A DNA stretch of 64,000 nucleotides, taken from NCBI GenBank assembly GCA_043732485.1, contig JAYTHP010000114.1, forward strand, positions 846 to 64,845, read 5' to 3'. Source of the DNA: Oligoflexia bacterium (GTDB taxonomy: Bacteria; Bdellovibrionota; UBA1018). Made by a program: the position numbers and the translations under genes. Below the pieces are notes generated by a model. It saw nothing but the letters and a program-made list of their open reading frames with translations. It had not been told where the DNA came from and did not search any database. This document shows, in pieces, positions 29,428 through 40,305 of this stretch (its first letter is position 1; the number at the start of each line of letters is the position of its first letter).

Positions 29428-30675
29428 CTACCCTGCAACCTGTATCACAGAACCCAACTTCTCCGGATGCTCTAACCAATCCTTCAGCGTCACCAGAAAA
29501 GTCACAGCCCCTTTCCCATCAATCAAGCGGTGATCATAAGACAGCGCCAGATACATCATCGGACGAATCTCAATCTGGCCTTCTACCACCACCGGACGCT
29601 CTTGAATCTTATGCATCCCTAAAATGCCACTTTGCGGCGGGGTGAGAATCGGCGTGGACATTAAGGAGCCGTACGTCCCGCCGTTTGAAATGGTAAAGGT
29701 CCCGGCCGAAAGGTCTTGAATCGATAACTTACCCTCTCGCGCCTTCACCGCAAGCCCCGCAATTTTTTGCTCAATCTGCCCAAACGTCATCAACTGCGCA
29801 CCTGCAATCACCGGAACCACTAAGCCGCGATCCGTGCCCACCGCAATCCCCAAGTTCTGGTAATCGTGATAAACAATGTCACGCCCGTCAATGGAGGCGT
29901 TGATCTCAGGAATCAGCTTTAACGACTCAATCACGGCGCGACAGAAAAACGACATGAAACTAAGATTCACCCCAAATTGCGCCTTAAACGCCTCCTTGGA
30001 CTTCGCACGCACCGTCATCACCGCCGTCATGTCCACTTCATTGAAAGTGGTGAGAATCGCAGCCGTGCGCTGCGCCTCAACCAAGCGTTCGGCAATCCGC
30101 AGCCTTAAGTTCGAAAGCGGCACCCGTCGCTGACCCTCTTGCGCTACTATCGGCTTTTTCTCAGCTAAGACCGCCGACGAACCAGGAGCTGAAGAAGTAG
30201 CCGGTGTCGAGGCCGGAGGCGAAACCGCAAGCGACGCCTTCGCCTGTGCCAGATCCCCAGGCGTCAATCGACCGTCTTTGCCAGATCCAACCCCCCGTTG
30301 GCTCAAGGCCTGATCAGGCGTTAAGCCCATTTCTTGGATGATCTTCCTGGTGCCCGGCCCAGGCTGCTGGCCGCCACTCACTGGTGCTGCTACCGCGAGC
30401 GCAGGGGTGGCCAGTTTTGAAGTCGTAGTCTGCGCCTGCGCATCATCGTCAATCCAGCCCATTTCCGTGCCAATAGTGATGCGCTCGCCTGCTAAAAGCC
30501 CAATATGCAGCAAGCCCGCATGTTCTGCCACAATCTCTACGGTCGCCTTATCCGATTCCAATTCCACCAGTAAATCGCCTGAGGCGACCTGGGCTCCCTC
30601 GCTTTTTGCCCATTTCAAAATACCGACTTCCGTGACCGACTCACCGACGCTTGGAGCTGTAATCTTATGTTTCAT
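29428..30675 (-). CDS. sucB: 2-oxoglutarate dehydrogenase E2, dihydrolipoyllysine-residue succinyltransferase
   Basis: Has a lipoyl domain ([11 protein letters not shown]), an E3-binding segment and the catalytic [10 protein letters not shown]. Its start overlaps the sucA stop by 4 nt. Confidence 0.92.
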   Translation of the reverse strand: MKHKITAPSVGESVTEVGILKWAKSEGAQVASGDLLVELESDKATVEIVAEHAGLLHIGLLAGERITIGTEMGWIDDDAQAQTTTSKLATPALAVAAPVSGGQQPGPGTRKIIQEMGLTPDQALSQRGVGSGKDGRLTPGDLAQAKASLAVSPPASTPATSSAPGSSAVLAEKKPIVAQEGQRRVPLSNLRLRIAERLVEAQRTAAILTTFNEVDMTAVMTVRAKSKEAFKAQFGVNLSFMSFFCRAVIESLKLIPEINASIDGRDIVYHDYQNLGIAVGTDRGLVVPVIAGAQLMTFGQIEQKIAGLAVKAREGKLSIQDLSAGTFTISNGGTYGSLMSTPILTPPQSGILGMHKIQERPVVVEGQIEIRPMMYLALSYDHRLIDGKGAVTFLVTLKDWLEHPEKLGSVIQVAG

Positions 30676-33600
30676 AAAAAAGCTTTCTCTAGAATCATTT
30701 CTTGTTCATGCTCATGCAACCGATGCGAAGCCACCGCCGGAGCAGCCGCAACGCCTCGACCCACATACTCTAACCCACGACCCCCCACCTGCGCCTGAAA
30801 GCAAGCTTCCTCCTCACCCCCACTGCCACACCACTGCTGATGCACGTAACTCCAAGCCCCCATGTTGCGCGGCTCCTCTTGCACCCAAACCAACTTGGCA
30901 CTCTCGGGATAACCGGCTAAGACTCGCTGCAACGCACTTTCCGGCCAAGGGTAAAGCTGCTCAATTCGCACGACTGCGACCCCACCACCACCACTGCTTG
31001 GAGCAGACTTTTGCTGCTCCTGCTGAGCCTTCTTCAGATCATAATAAATCTTTCCACTGCACAACAGCACCTTTTTCACGCTCGCTGCGTTTTTTTCATC
31101 ACCCGTGGTGCTTGCAGCCTGGACACTCGCGTGACCCGACGCCAACGCCGCTACCGCCGTCTTTGAGTGCGCCGGATCATCCAAGACCAGTTGAAAGCCC
31201 TGCTCACAAAACTCCTCCCGCTTTGACACAGCAGCCGGGTTGCGTAAAAGACTCTTGGGCGTCATGATCACCAGCGGTTTCCGAAACGAGGCGTGCAACT
31301 GCCGGCGCAGAGCATGAAAGAACTGCGCAGGGGTGGATAAGTTACAAACCTGCCAATTCTCCTTGCCCGCTAACTGCAAAAAGCGCTCCAAGCGCGCACT
31401 CGAATGCTCAGCCCCTTGCCCCTCATACCCATGCGGCAAGAGCAACGTCAAACCACTCATGCGCGACCACTTCGATTCGCCAGCCGCGAGGAATTGATCC
31501 AAAATCACCTGCGCACCGTTGGCGAAATCGCCAAACTGCGCTTCCCATAAAACCAACACCTGCGGATCCACCAGCGAGTACCCATACTCAAACGCCAGCA
31601 CCCCGGTTTCTGACAAATGACTGTTGTAGACCTGGAACGAACCAGGAGCGAAGTGGGCCAGCGGAATCCGACTCGGTCCGCCTGCAATATCAGCCCAGAT
31701 GGCATGACGATGACTAAAGGTCCCGCGCCCGGAATCCTGCCCCGACAAGCGCACGTGGTAGCCTTCCGCCAGCAAGGAGGCAAACGCCAACGCCTCAGCA
31801 TTGCCCCAATCCATGCCCACACCCTCTTGCACCGCTTTTTCTCGCGATTCCAACAACCGCTTCAGCTTCGGATGCACGTTAAACTCGGCAGGCACTTGGT
31901 TGAGCTGCGCCGACCAAGCTGCCAACTGCTCCCCGCGCACAGCGGTTGCCACCGGCGCTAAAAGATCAGCCAGCGAAGGCCTACGAATCTTCGCCCACAA
32001 GCCTTGGAGGTGCGATAACACCGGCGAGGGCTTTTGGGTTTTAACCGTCACTTGATCCGCCAGCAACTTCTCTTGCGTTTGCGCGATCCAAGCCGCGGCT
32101 TCCTCCTGCGTGACTCGCTGTTGCGTTTGCACCAGCCAGGCACTATACTGCTCGCGCACCGAGGGATGGGTCTTAATTTTTTGATAAATCGCAGGCTGGG
32201 TAAACGCCGGCTCATCGCCTTCGTTATGCCCATACTTGCGGTATCCCACTAAATCAATGAAAACGTCTTTTTTAAATTTCTGGCGATACTCGATGGCAAG
32301 TTGCGCCACCCGCCACAATTCCTCAGGCGCATCGGCGTTGACATGAAAAACGGGGGCCCCGATGGTCTTCGCTAAATCCGTACAATAGCGAGTCGAGCGC
32401 GTCTCAGCCGGCGAAGCGGTAAAGCCCACTTGATTGTTAATCACGATATGGATCGTCCCGCCCGTTTGATAGCCTGCCAGTTGGGCCAGGTTCAAGGTCT
32501 CATAACAGACCCCCTGCCCGGCAAAGGAAGCATCCCCGTGAATCGCCACCGGCACCACTGCCGCAAAAGCCACCGCTAACTCTGACCCGGCGGCTGCTGC
32601 CGCAAGCAGCCTTGCTTGCTTGGCCCGCGTGATCCCCTCAATCACCGGGTAAACGAATTCTAAGTGACTGGGGTTGGACGCCATCGTCAAATGCAGTGGG
32701 TGACCTTGCCGGGTTTTAAGATCGGTGGAACACCCTAAATGATACTTCACGTCGCCTTCCCCCGGAACTGAGTCCAAGGGATATTGATCTTCAAATTGCG
32801 TTAAAATCAGCTCAACTTTTTTCCCCAACGTTTGCGCTAGCACATTGAGACGACCGCGATGCGCCATCCCCAACACGAACTCCTGCGCACCCAGCTCAGC
32901 CCCTTTTTCAAACAAGGCGTCTAAGGCAGGAATGAGCGCTTCTGTCCCTTCTAAGGAAAAGCGCTTTTGAGCGACATAGCGCGTGTGCAAGAACCGCTCA
33001 AAGCCCTCACTTTGTGTCAAACGCTTAAGGATAAACCGCTGGGTTTCCTGATCTAAGGGCCCTGCCGCCAGGGAACCTGCCTCTAACTTTTGTAACCACC
33101 ACTGCCTGGCCTCCTCATCCACCAGGTGCATCACCTCGCAGCCCACCTTGCCACAGTAGACTTGCTTGAAATGCTCAATGATTTGACTCAGCAAGTGTCC
33201 CTCAGGGAAGCGCAACTGCTCGTCGGCGAGCTTCAACTCAGCCTCTCCCAAGCGGTAACGCCCCGGCTCTAAAACGGGCGGCAGCGCGGGCTTTGCCTCC
33301 AAGGGGTTCAGCTCGGCGGCTAAATGCCCCTCTTGTCTGAAGCTTGCAATCCACTGCCCGGCACGAAACATCACGTCTGCTGTCGCCTGGGTTGCGCCAC
33401 CTTGCGAAGAAGGAGATGCAGACGGCTTCACGCCGGGTTTCGCTTGCGGCGCTGCAGCCATCGTGCCTTCGCTGCGCGCCAAATAAGTCAGCCCATCAAA
33501 AAAATGCTGCCAAGAGACATCCAGCTCCGCAGGCAGGCTTAAGCCCTGCTGCTGATCCAAATACTGTTGATACAAACCTTCCAAATACTGGGCGTTAACG

Positions 33601-33686
33601 CCTTGCAAATAGCTAAATTGTGACACCACTCGAAATTCCTTATGGCTTAGGTTGTGCGCACTCACTTCTTTCGTTTTGGCGCGCAT
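30672..33686 (-). CDS. sucA: 2-oxoglutarate dehydrogenase E1 component
   Basis: 1004-aa ORF with typical E1o blocks ([38 protein letters not shown]). It sits upstream of sucB-lpdA. Confidence 0.92.
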   Translation of the reverse strand: MRAKTKEVSAHNLSHKEFRVVSQFSYLQGVNAQYLEGLYQQYLDQQQGLSLPAELDVSWQHFFDGLTYLARSEGTMAAAPQAKPGVKPSASPSSQGGATQATADVMFRAGQWIASFRQEGHLAAELNPLEAKPALPPVLEPGRYRLGEAELKLADEQLRFPEGHLLSQIIEHFKQVYCGKVGCEVMHLVDEEARQWWLQKLEAGSLAAGPLDQETQRFILKRLTQSEGFERFLHTRYVAQKRFSLEGTEALIPALDALFEKGAELGAQEFVLGMAHRGRLNVLAQTLGKKVELILTQFEDQYPLDSVPGEGDVKYHLGCSTDLKTRQGHPLHLTMASNPSHLEFVYPVIEGITRAKQARLLAAAAAGSELAVAFAAVVPVAIHGDASFAGQGVCYETLNLAQLAGYQTGGTIHIVINNQVGFTASPAETRSTRYCTDLAKTIGAPVFHVNADAPEELWRVAQLAIEYRQKFKKDVFIDLVGYRKYGHNEGDEPAFTQPAIYQKIKTHPSVREQYSAWLVQTQQRVTQEEAAAWIAQTQEKLLADQVTVKTQKPSPVLSHLQGLWAKIRRPSLADLLAPVATAVRGEQLAAWSAQLNQVPAEFNVHPKLKRLLESREKAVQEGVGMDWGNAEALAFASLLAEGYHVRLSGQDSGRGTFSHRHAIWADIAGGPSRIPLAHFAPGSFQVYNSHLSETGVLAFEYGYSLVDPQVLVLWEAQFGDFANGAQVILDQFLAAGESKWSRMSGLTLLLPHGYEGQGAEHSSARLERFLQLAGKENWQVCNLSTPAQFFHALRRQLHASFRKPLVIMTPKSLLRNPAAVSKREEFCEQGFQLVLDDPAHSKTAVAALASGHASVQAASTTGDEKNAASVKKVLLCSGKIYYDLKKAQQEQQKSAPSSGGGGVAVVRIEQLYPWPESALQRVLAGYPESAKLVWVQEEPRNMGAWSYVHQQWCGSGGEEEACFQAQVGGRGLEYVGRGVAAAPAVASHRLHEHEQEMILEKAFL

Positions 33687-33897
33687 CTCGTCAATTGCCT
33701 ATTGAACCGCTTGTTCAAGCGCTTATTTGCTCGGGGCCATGACTCTTGCACTCCCCCTTTGTGAGGCTTGCACGAAAGCGGCAGTAAGAGCCCAGCCAAA
33801 AGCTCTTACGCGCGCGCAGGTCAATCAGCGCCAAACTTAAAAAAGTGGATATGGGTTACTCTACTTCCACTCTAGCATTTCTGCCTTGAGATTCAAA

Positions 33898-36800
33898 TTA
33901 CAAACTCAAAGCAGCCACTTGGATCTGAAAAAAGAAATCCGACACCCCTCCTAGGGCTCGATTGAAGCCCTTATGGTAATCTAGCCCAAAAAGCACTGGA
34001 AAGTAAAAGAGCTCAGTGGAAAGCCTTAAGCCTGCCCCCACCGCAGGCAGCCCTTGCTGCCCTCCCCGCTCACCTGCAATCAGCGTGTGCTCTAAAAACA
34101 CGTTCAGATAAAAGTTATCAGCAAAAAGTGGGGTGGTCCCAAGCCCTTGAAAGATCCGCAGCAAGGGGATCTCGCAATCCACCGCAAGCGTTGCAGCCGC
34201 CCGTCCCCAAAACAGCTGGCCTGGATAGCCTCGCACCGACAGTTGATTGACGTTATTGCCTAAAAAAGGACTGAGCAAATTCAGGGTGCGCCCCTGAACC
34301 ACCGCACTATTGAAGGAAAAACTCTCACCGGCAAATGAACTCCAAGCCAACCGCGCCGCGGGCGACAGTACCAGATGCTTGGCCAGCCGAAAGTTCTCCG
34401 TATTTTGCGCCACCAGCTTCCAACTCGCGTCCCGCTCCAAGCCATAATGCGCGAGCACCAGTGAGCCTGCCCGGTCAGCCTCGGGCGCTAAGGCAAGCGG
34501 CGACAGCTCTTGGTTGGAGTAGGAAACCCCCCCGACCACCACCGGCATCCATGGGCTCATCCCGAGCAACTGGCTGCCGCCCGCTCCGCTAAGGAGCTGA
34601 TAAGAGCCATAGCGATGCACGCTGACACTGAGCAAAGGCGTCCAGTGGGAGTAGGTTGCCACTTGTGGAAAAGACGCCGAGCCTGAAACAAAGAATTGAC
34701 GATAATACAGAGCCTGCGTGCCGCCGCCGCCATCTCCGCCGCCCACCGGCACCCCATCAGACGGCTGCCGCCCTTGAAAAGTCGTCAGCACCCCCCCTTG
34801 CAGCGTCAAATTGGCGGCAAGGCTGCGGTTGGAGTAAACCCACACCGCATCGGGCCTTTGGATCCCAAACTCATAACTGGCAGCCAGTAAATAGCGATGC
34901 ACATCTAAGGCATCAAAACCTAGGACATAAGCCCCCACCGCACTCCCCAGCCCACCAAAACTCATCACCGGCAGCCAGGCGCGCGGCCACAAGGTGGACC
35001 AAGGAGAGTAGGAGGTGGCGGTAGAGGAAGCGGTGTCGCAGGAAGACAAGGAGGCCGCAATCCCAGGGTCAGGCGCAGGAGCAGAGTCATGACCTCCTGC
35101 GGCTGTTGCCACCTCTACTACCGGTGCCGCGGGCTGGAGAGCTGCTACCGCACGGACCTGCTTCGCCTGCCGCTGCCAGGACACCTTGGAAAGGGCTGCG
35201 CCTGAGGAGGTAACGACGCTGGCTAACAGCTCACCTGCGCGGTTAAAGCTAGGAAAGCGCAGACCGGTGATTAAATGCGTGACCCGCTCATGGGTTGCAA
35301 GACGGTAGCGAAACAAGTTATCCACGCCGGTTTGATTGGAGACGAAATACAGTTCACCTCCTGGCCCGAGGGCCGGGTAACGATTGTAAAAGCCATCGGC
35401 CACCAGCACCCGCACTTGCTTGCGGCTGCGATCCAAAGCCATAAGCTGCTCGGCTGCAACCCCAGTGGGATGATAGGAGAAATAGATCGTCTCGCCGTCT
35501 GGACTAAAAATCGGGTTAGCCGAGTGATCATAGAGTTTTTCAAGCGGAGCCAAGTGCAGCTCCCCCAAGGCGACGCGCTGCTGGTTTTGCGGGTCAGGGA
35601 GCAACTCAGCCCAGGCAATGCGAGTGATGCCAGCCTCAGTCAGGGTAAAAGTGATCAGCTTGCCATCAGGCGAGAGTGAGGGGTCACGCGCACGCAGTCC
35701 CTCACTCAAGGCATAACTGGTGCCTTCGCGCAGCGAGTACACTCTGAGATCAGAAAAATTGCGAAACTGGTCTAAAACGCGAATTTCGCTGTAAACGAAC
35801 GCCTGGGAATCGGGAAAAAAGGAAATCCCCACGCCCTGGCGCTTAGCATCCAGCCTTTGTGTTACCCCCGTGGGCAAGTGTTTTAAGTAAAGCCCCGGCC
35901 GTAAGTCCGCGGAACTCAGGGTGTAGGCCCACCACTGCCCATCCGGCGACTCCACGAGCGACAGACCATCATAGCTCACCTCGTGCTCAGGCGACAGGAT
36001 CGGACTGACTTGCGAAACCGGCCCTTCTTGCTCAAGCTGCGCAATCTGTGCGCTCATTTGGCTGCGGGTATGGGTTAGAAACAGCTCCCACAATTCATAC
36101 CAATTTTTCCCCACCAACTCAGCCAAGAGCGTATTGATAAAAAAAGGCATTCGGCCGCTGGATTGCTCAGAGAGCACCCCAAAAAAGGCCTCAGCGGAAC
36201 GGTACTGAGCCCGAAGCGTGGGTGATTCTTGCAGAAAGCGCGCCAGTTCGCTCACCAAGTGATAGCCAAACTGATAGCGGGTATCCCCGCCTGGAAAGTA
36301 AGGATTGCTCCCCGTGATGCGGTTGAGCGTCATAAACCCCTCCCCGCCAAAGCTGCCATCATAGACCGCAGCCCGCAAAACCGCCTGATAATAGGGATTT
36401 CTTCCCCGCCCACCCTGAGTGAAGCGCGTTTCGTTGTAAACCGCCAGCCCCTCCAGCAACCAAGGCGGCCACGCGGAATTGGGCAACAACACGTCACCCA
36501 GCAGGGGACGCAACCACAACCAAGGCCCGGCCCTGGCATCGAGGTTGTAAAAATGGGTGGCTTCATGGAAAATAAGCAAGCGCAACCAGTCGTCGTAAAA
36601 CCCCAGCTGATCCCAGTTCTCAGGCGGCGTGACCCACAAGGTCATGCCGATGCGTAACGCCGCAGCAGTCACGCCGTTGGGAAAATCGGAGTTGTCGACT
36701 AAGACCACGGTGATCGGTGAGAGCGGCTGCCAACGCATCAGCGGCGATAATACTTGGTGGGCCTCTTCTAAATACTGGTGGGCGCGCGGCGCAATGGCGG

Positions 36801-37137
36801 CAAGCGCCCGAGGAAAAATCACCCTAAAGTGCTCACTCTCCCGCTGTTGCCACTCCAAAAAAGGCGAAAAACCAAAATAACTGGTGTCTGCAAACGGCGA
36901 TCCGCTGTAAAACAAGGCGCTCGCTGCGGCTTCACGCACTCCAGCCACCCTAACCCCACCCTCTCCCGCCAAAAGACCGAGGATCACGCTTGCGGTTACC
37001 CAGCCGCAAACCCACCCCCATAACCGCCGAGGAGCCGCTAAAGCACTTCCCCGCTCCAGCCCGCTGCTGCGCCCCGCACGGCAAGCCTTACGCCTTTTTT
37101 GGCCTGATTCTTTCTCACACACGCTAGTCCCTCCCAC
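33898..37137 (-). CDS. large envelope protein: HExxH (MA-clan-like) region + PD40/TolB-like beta-propeller repeats + C-terminal OMP-like region
   Basis: 1079-aa ORF. LLIFHEATHFYN provides HExxH. PD40-type repeats include SPDGQWWAY, SLSPDGKLITFT and FSPDGETIYFS. The Gly/aromatic-rich C-terminal third resembles an Omp85/porin-like barrel. The annotated start overlaps ygfZ by 100 nt, so the start is uncertain. Confidence 0.6.
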   Translation of the reverse strand: MGGTSVCEKESGQKRRKACRAGRSSGLERGSALAAPRRLWGWVCGWVTASVILGLLAGEGGVRVAGVREAAASALFYSGSPFADTSYFGFSPFLEWQQRESEHFRVIFPRALAAIAPRAHQYLEEAHQVLSPLMRWQPLSPITVVLVDNSDFPNGVTAAALRIGMTLWVTPPENWDQLGFYDDWLRLLIFHEATHFYNLDARAGPWLWLRPLLGDVLLPNSAWPPWLLEGLAVYNETRFTQGGRGRNPYYQAVLRAAVYDGSFGGEGFMTLNRITGSNPYFPGGDTRYQFGYHLVSELARFLQESPTLRAQYRSAEAFFGVLSEQSSGRMPFFINTLLAELVGKNWYELWELFLTHTRSQMSAQIAQLEQEGPVSQVSPILSPEHEVSYDGLSLVESPDGQWWAYTLSSADLRPGLYLKHLPTGVTQRLDAKRQGVGISFFPDSQAFVYSEIRVLDQFRNFSDLRVYSLREGTSYALSEGLRARDPSLSPDGKLITFTLTEAGITRIAWAELLPDPQNQQRVALGELHLAPLEKLYDHSANPIFSPDGETIYFSYHPTGVAAEQLMALDRSRKQVRVLVADGFYNRYPALGPGGELYFVSNQTGVDNLFRYRLATHERVTHLITGLRFPSFNRAGELLASVVTSSGAALSKVSWQRQAKQVRAVAALQPAAPVVEVATAAGGHDSAPAPDPGIAASLSSCDTASSTATSYSPWSTLWPRAWLPVMSFGGLGSAVGAYVLGFDALDVHRYLLAASYEFGIQRPDAVWVYSNRSLAANLTLQGGVLTTFQGRQPSDGVPVGGGDGGGGTQALYYRQFFVSGSASFPQVATYSHWTPLLSVSVHRYGSYQLLSGAGGSQLLGMSPWMPVVVGGVSYSNQELSPLALAPEADRAGSLVLAHYGLERDASWKLVAQNTENFRLAKHLVLSPAARLAWSSFAGESFSFNSAVVQGRTLNLLSPFLGNNVNQLSVRGYPGQLFWGRAAATLAVDCEIPLLRIFQGLGTTPLFADNFYLNVFLEHTLIAGERGGQQGLPAVGAGLRLSTELFYFPVLFGLDYHKGFNRALGGVSDFFFQIQVAALSL

Positions 37138-38159
37138 CCCATGACCCCCTGCTCCCCCGCGCGATGCAACCCATCAACACCAGCACTAACGACGACGACA
37201 ACCGTGGTCAGCTCACCCACGGAGCTACTCTCCCCTGCGCCGACTTCCACCAATTCACTGCCTGCCTGAGGTGGACTCGCGCCAGCGGAGGATAGCGACC
37301 CGGCAAGACGCACCAGTCGGCGCGCCGGAGCTCCTAAGGTGAGCGTTTTTTCAATCACTTCTTGCCCTGGATAACACCCCTTGGCGCTGCTAAATAATCC
37401 CGAAAGCCCCACTTCCAGAGGATTGCGATTTTGCGTGATCTCCTGACCCAGCCAAGGCTGAGTGGCTGCCACCCGTGCACTAGCCAGTGCGTCAGGCGTC
37501 AGCTGTTCTAGCGATAAACGGGCGATCTCACCCTCGCTTAAAAACTGCAAGACTTGCTGCAAATCAGCAGCACTCCCCCAAAGGCAGCACCCCAGGCGCG
37601 GGGCAGTGTGGCCGGGATCTCGCAAAAACTGCAACTCAGGCGACACGCGCACCTCAAGCTCAGACCAGCTAAGCCAGCCTCGCTGGAAATCCCCCACTTG
37701 CCAGGCGCTTGCCCCCCCAGGCCATTGCGCAAGCGTCGGCTGATCGAAAAACACCCACAGCGCTTTGGGGCTGTTTTTTGGGGCTTCGGGCGGCTCTCCC
37801 CACTCTAATTGCTCGCGAAAAGTCCAATCTTCAAACACGGCTCTGAGGGAACCTTCGGAAAACTCCGGGCGGGCGGCGTCCCACTCTAGCACAAACTGCT
37901 GGACTGCTTTGCGCCACAAGGTGAAGTAAGCGCGAATCTTGCCTTGCGGGGTCAGGCAACAGCACGTGGTGCCACGCCCCACCGCCAGGGCCGTGACGTT
38001 TGCGGTGGTCACGCGGTGCAAAAAATCAGCGGCGTCCTCGCCAGCGAGCGTCACTTGCGTCCACAGCACGGAGCCTGCGTCTCGGGTGAGACCGGTGGTG
38101 GGGTCAGCTGGGCTTGGATGCGCGGGATAAAAATAAGGGAGTAAAAGATTAGTCGGCAT
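37038..38159 (-). CDS. ygfZ: folate-binding GcvT-like protein YgfZ (Fe-S cluster/tRNA modification associated)
   Basis: Contains the KGCYPGQEVIEKT signature (KGCYxGQE) and has GcvT-like length. The start is taken at MPTNLL (38159) inside track ORF 37038-38252. Confidence 0.7.
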   Translation of the reverse strand: MPTNLLLPYFYPAHPSPADPTTGLTRDAGSVLWTQVTLAGEDAADFLHRVTTANVTALAVGRGTTCCCLTPQGKIRAYFTLWRKAVQQFVLEWDAARPEFSEGSLRAVFEDWTFREQLEWGEPPEAPKNSPKALWVFFDQPTLAQWPGGASAWQVGDFQRGWLSWSELEVRVSPELQFLRDPGHTAPRLGCCLWGSAADLQQVLQFLSEGEIARLSLEQLTPDALASARVAATQPWLGQEITQNRNPLEVGLSGLFSSAKGCYPGQEVIEKTLTLGAPARRLVRLAGSLSSAGASPPQAGSELVEVGAGESSSVGELTTVVVVVSAGVDGLHRAGEQGVMGWEGLACVRKNQAKKGVRLAVRGAAAGWSGEVL

Positions 38160-38299
38160 GGTTTTGATGAAACTCACTTTTGACGCTAACATAGCTCGTG
38201 GCAAATTGGCAAAAACTGATTCTCCCCAGTCGCGCCTTTCCCCGGGGCTCACTTTTAGCGTAACTATTGGTAGACGTTCTATGTTACTGAACGTTCTCC

Positions 38300-39301
38300 A
38301 TGATTCAAAAGAAAACTCAGTTTGTTCAAGACCTGCAAGAAAAAAATCTCGTAGCCTCTCCCTTTCTCGTCAAATTTTGCGCGGTGGTGACCGGAAAAAA
38401 CGGTAAACCCTACGTAAACCTGATTTTGATGGATAAGACCGGCGAAGTGGAAGCCCGTATCTGGGATCACGTGGCGGAGTATAGCGGTCATGCCACCAAA
38501 GGAAATCTTGTTTGGGCTGAGGGGCGTTGCCAAACCTACCAAGGCCGCAAGCAACTAGTCGTGCAAAGCCTTAAAACCCTCAGAGAAGATGAGGTGGAGA
38601 TTAAGGATTACTTGCCAGACAATCACCTTGAGCCGCAAAAACTCTATGACCAACTGCTGGTGCTCGTCGATTCCATGCAAGATCCCTTTTACCGCGCTTT
38701 AGCCGAAGTCATTCTCAAGGAAGACTCGGAAATTGTGCAACTCCTGAAGGTGGCGCCGGCTGCCAAAACCATCCACCACGCCTACCCTTCAGGCTTACTC
38801 GAGCACATCCTTTCCGTCTCCACTTTGCTGAGTCGTTGCGCTGAGCATTATGGTGCGATCGTCAACCGCGACCTCTTGCTGATTGGTGGTTTCTTTCATG
38901 ATATTGGCAAAATCTGGGAGCTAAGCTTTGACCGGGTGACCGATTATACCACCGAAGGCAAGCTGATCGGTCATCTCACGATGGGAGTCGAGCTGTTGGA
39001 GCGCAAAATCCAACTGCTCGACGCTCAGCCGGGACGGCTGCCGGGGGCTTTCCCGCTCGAACAACGCCTGTTAGCCAAACACGTTATCCTGGCCCACCAC
39101 GGCAAGCTAGAGTATGGCTCCCCCAAGGAGCCTGCCTGCTTGGAGGCACTGATCATTCACATGATCGACGATCTGGACTCCAAGGTGAACAACATTCATC
39201 GCTTTATCCTGGCCGATCAGACGCCCGGGCGCTGGACGGGACTGAACCGCAACTTTGAGCGCTTTTTCTTCAAGCCTGCAGCCCCCAAAGGATCGCTTTA
39301 A
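38300..39301 (+). CDS. OB-fold + HD-domain 3'-5' exoribonuclease (YhaM/CbfA-like)
   Basis: The N-terminal OB fold reads GKPYVNLILMDKTGEVEARIWD. The HD domain contains GFFHDIGK and ILAHHGKLEYGSPKEP. Confidence 0.75.
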   Translation: MIQKKTQFVQDLQEKNLVASPFLVKFCAVVTGKNGKPYVNLILMDKTGEVEARIWDHVAEYSGHATKGNLVWAEGRCQTYQGRKQLVVQSLKTLREDEVEIKDYLPDNHLEPQKLYDQLLVLVDSMQDPFYRALAEVILKEDSEIVQLLKVAPAAKTIHHAYPSGLLEHILSVSTLLSRCAEHYGAIVNRDLLLIGGFFHDIGKIWELSFDRVTDYTTEGKLIGHLTMGVELLERKIQLLDAQPGRLPGAFPLEQRLLAKHVILAHHGKLEYGSPKEPACLEALIIHMIDDLDSKVNNIHRFILADQTPGRWTGLNRNFERFFFKPAAPKGSL

Positions 39302-39412
39302 TCCGCAAAAGCATGCCCTGTAAAAATAAGCACATCCCGACCGCGGCATTGACTATTTCTCACTTGCATCTCCCTTGCAATCGGAGAAAATAGAAAGCAG
39401 GGAAGAGAAGTA

Positions 39413-39430
39413 TGTGTGTGTGTGTGTGTG
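39413..39430. repeat. (TG)9 dinucleotide microsatellite
   Basis: tgtgtgtgtgtgtgtgtg lies in the yhaM-like / MORN-lipoprotein intergenic region. The 8-bp-arm palindrome attacgtc tgct gacgtaat (39431-39450) follows immediately. Confidence 0.9.
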
Positions 39431-39688
39431 ATTACGTCTGCTGACGTAATCGGATGATCTGCTCAGATGAGATGACGCGATCATCCGCTCCCCAGCAGTG
39501 TGAAGGCCACTGCCTTTCCCCTGGCCTTGAAAATGACCCCGGACCCCCCCCGAGCGAGGTTTGTTGCTGTCTGCACCTAATCGCAGCGACACACAGAAGC
39601 CCTTGACCCTCACCCAGGCAAGATTTACCCCTCTCCTCGGTTTTTTTAAAAAAACTATGAGCCACCTTTGGACCGATAAAGGATCACC

Positions 39689-40123
39689 ATGCCACAAACC
39701 GCCCGCGCTTTAAGACTTAACCACCACCGACACTCCCAGGCTGCCGCTCTCCCCTCTCAAGCTGCAAGAGGGCGCTTGAGCGCGTTCGTTTTAGCCGTCG
39801 TCGGGTGTTTTGGGGTAGCCGGCTGCAGTTCGCATCCCTACCGCCCGTGCTCTGAGGGCTTGGCAACCGGAGACGACGCACCGGTTGCGGCTCCCAGTAG
39901 CCACCCCTTTCAGGGCACTAAGCATTGTTTTCAAAAACAAGATGAAGAGGGCAAATTACTCAACGAGGGACAATACCGCGAATTGTACCCGGAAGATACG
40001 CTTGCCGTGGAAGGGGAGTACCATTTAGGGAAAAAAACCGGACGTTGGATCACCTATGATCCAGCCGGCAACAAGGTGAAGGATCAGTACTTTTTAGACG
40101 GTAAACCGATCCCCAGACCCTAA
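39689..40123 (+). CDS. small lipoprotein with MORN-variant (YwqK-like) repeat
   Basis: 144-aa ORF. FVLAVVGCFGVAGCSS provides a lipobox, and GEYHLGKKTGRWITYDPAGNKVKDQYFLDGK resembles a MORN_2 repeat. Confidence 0.55.
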   Translation: MPQTARALRLNHHRHSQAAALPSQAARGRLSAFVLAVVGCFGVAGCSSHPYRPCSEGLATGDDAPVAAPSSHPFQGTKHCFQKQDEEGKLLNEGQYRELYPEDTLAVEGEYHLGKKTGRWITYDPAGNKVKDQYFLDGKPIPRP

Positions 40124-40305
40124 CACTCCTTGCTCCTCCCTTCAAGCCAGCTTCCGTCCCTTGCCTGAGCGACGCCGACGTCACGCGACCTAGGGGGGGA
40201 CGACTCTCCAACCCTGCGCCTCGCTCTTGCGGCTGCGACCTCAAGCAACGAAAAGCAAGGGGAGGGAAGAGGTGCAAAAGAGTTCTTGGTGTTGGCCTCT
40301 CTGCT

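Noticed and set aside
30338-31267. 309-aa plus-strand ORF, along with other long ORFs antisense to sucA/sucB (for example 31617-31961 and 33344-33598)
   Set aside because: It lies entirely antisense to the strongly supported sucA/sucB genes. The composition is Pro/Ala/Ser/His-rich and typical of shadow ORFs in GC-rich coding DNA, with no motifs.
39353-39697. 114-aa and 77-aa minus-strand ORFs spanning the (TG)9 tract
   Set aside because: They read through the microsatellite (HTHTHT) and an otherwise non-coding intergenic region, with implausible composition.
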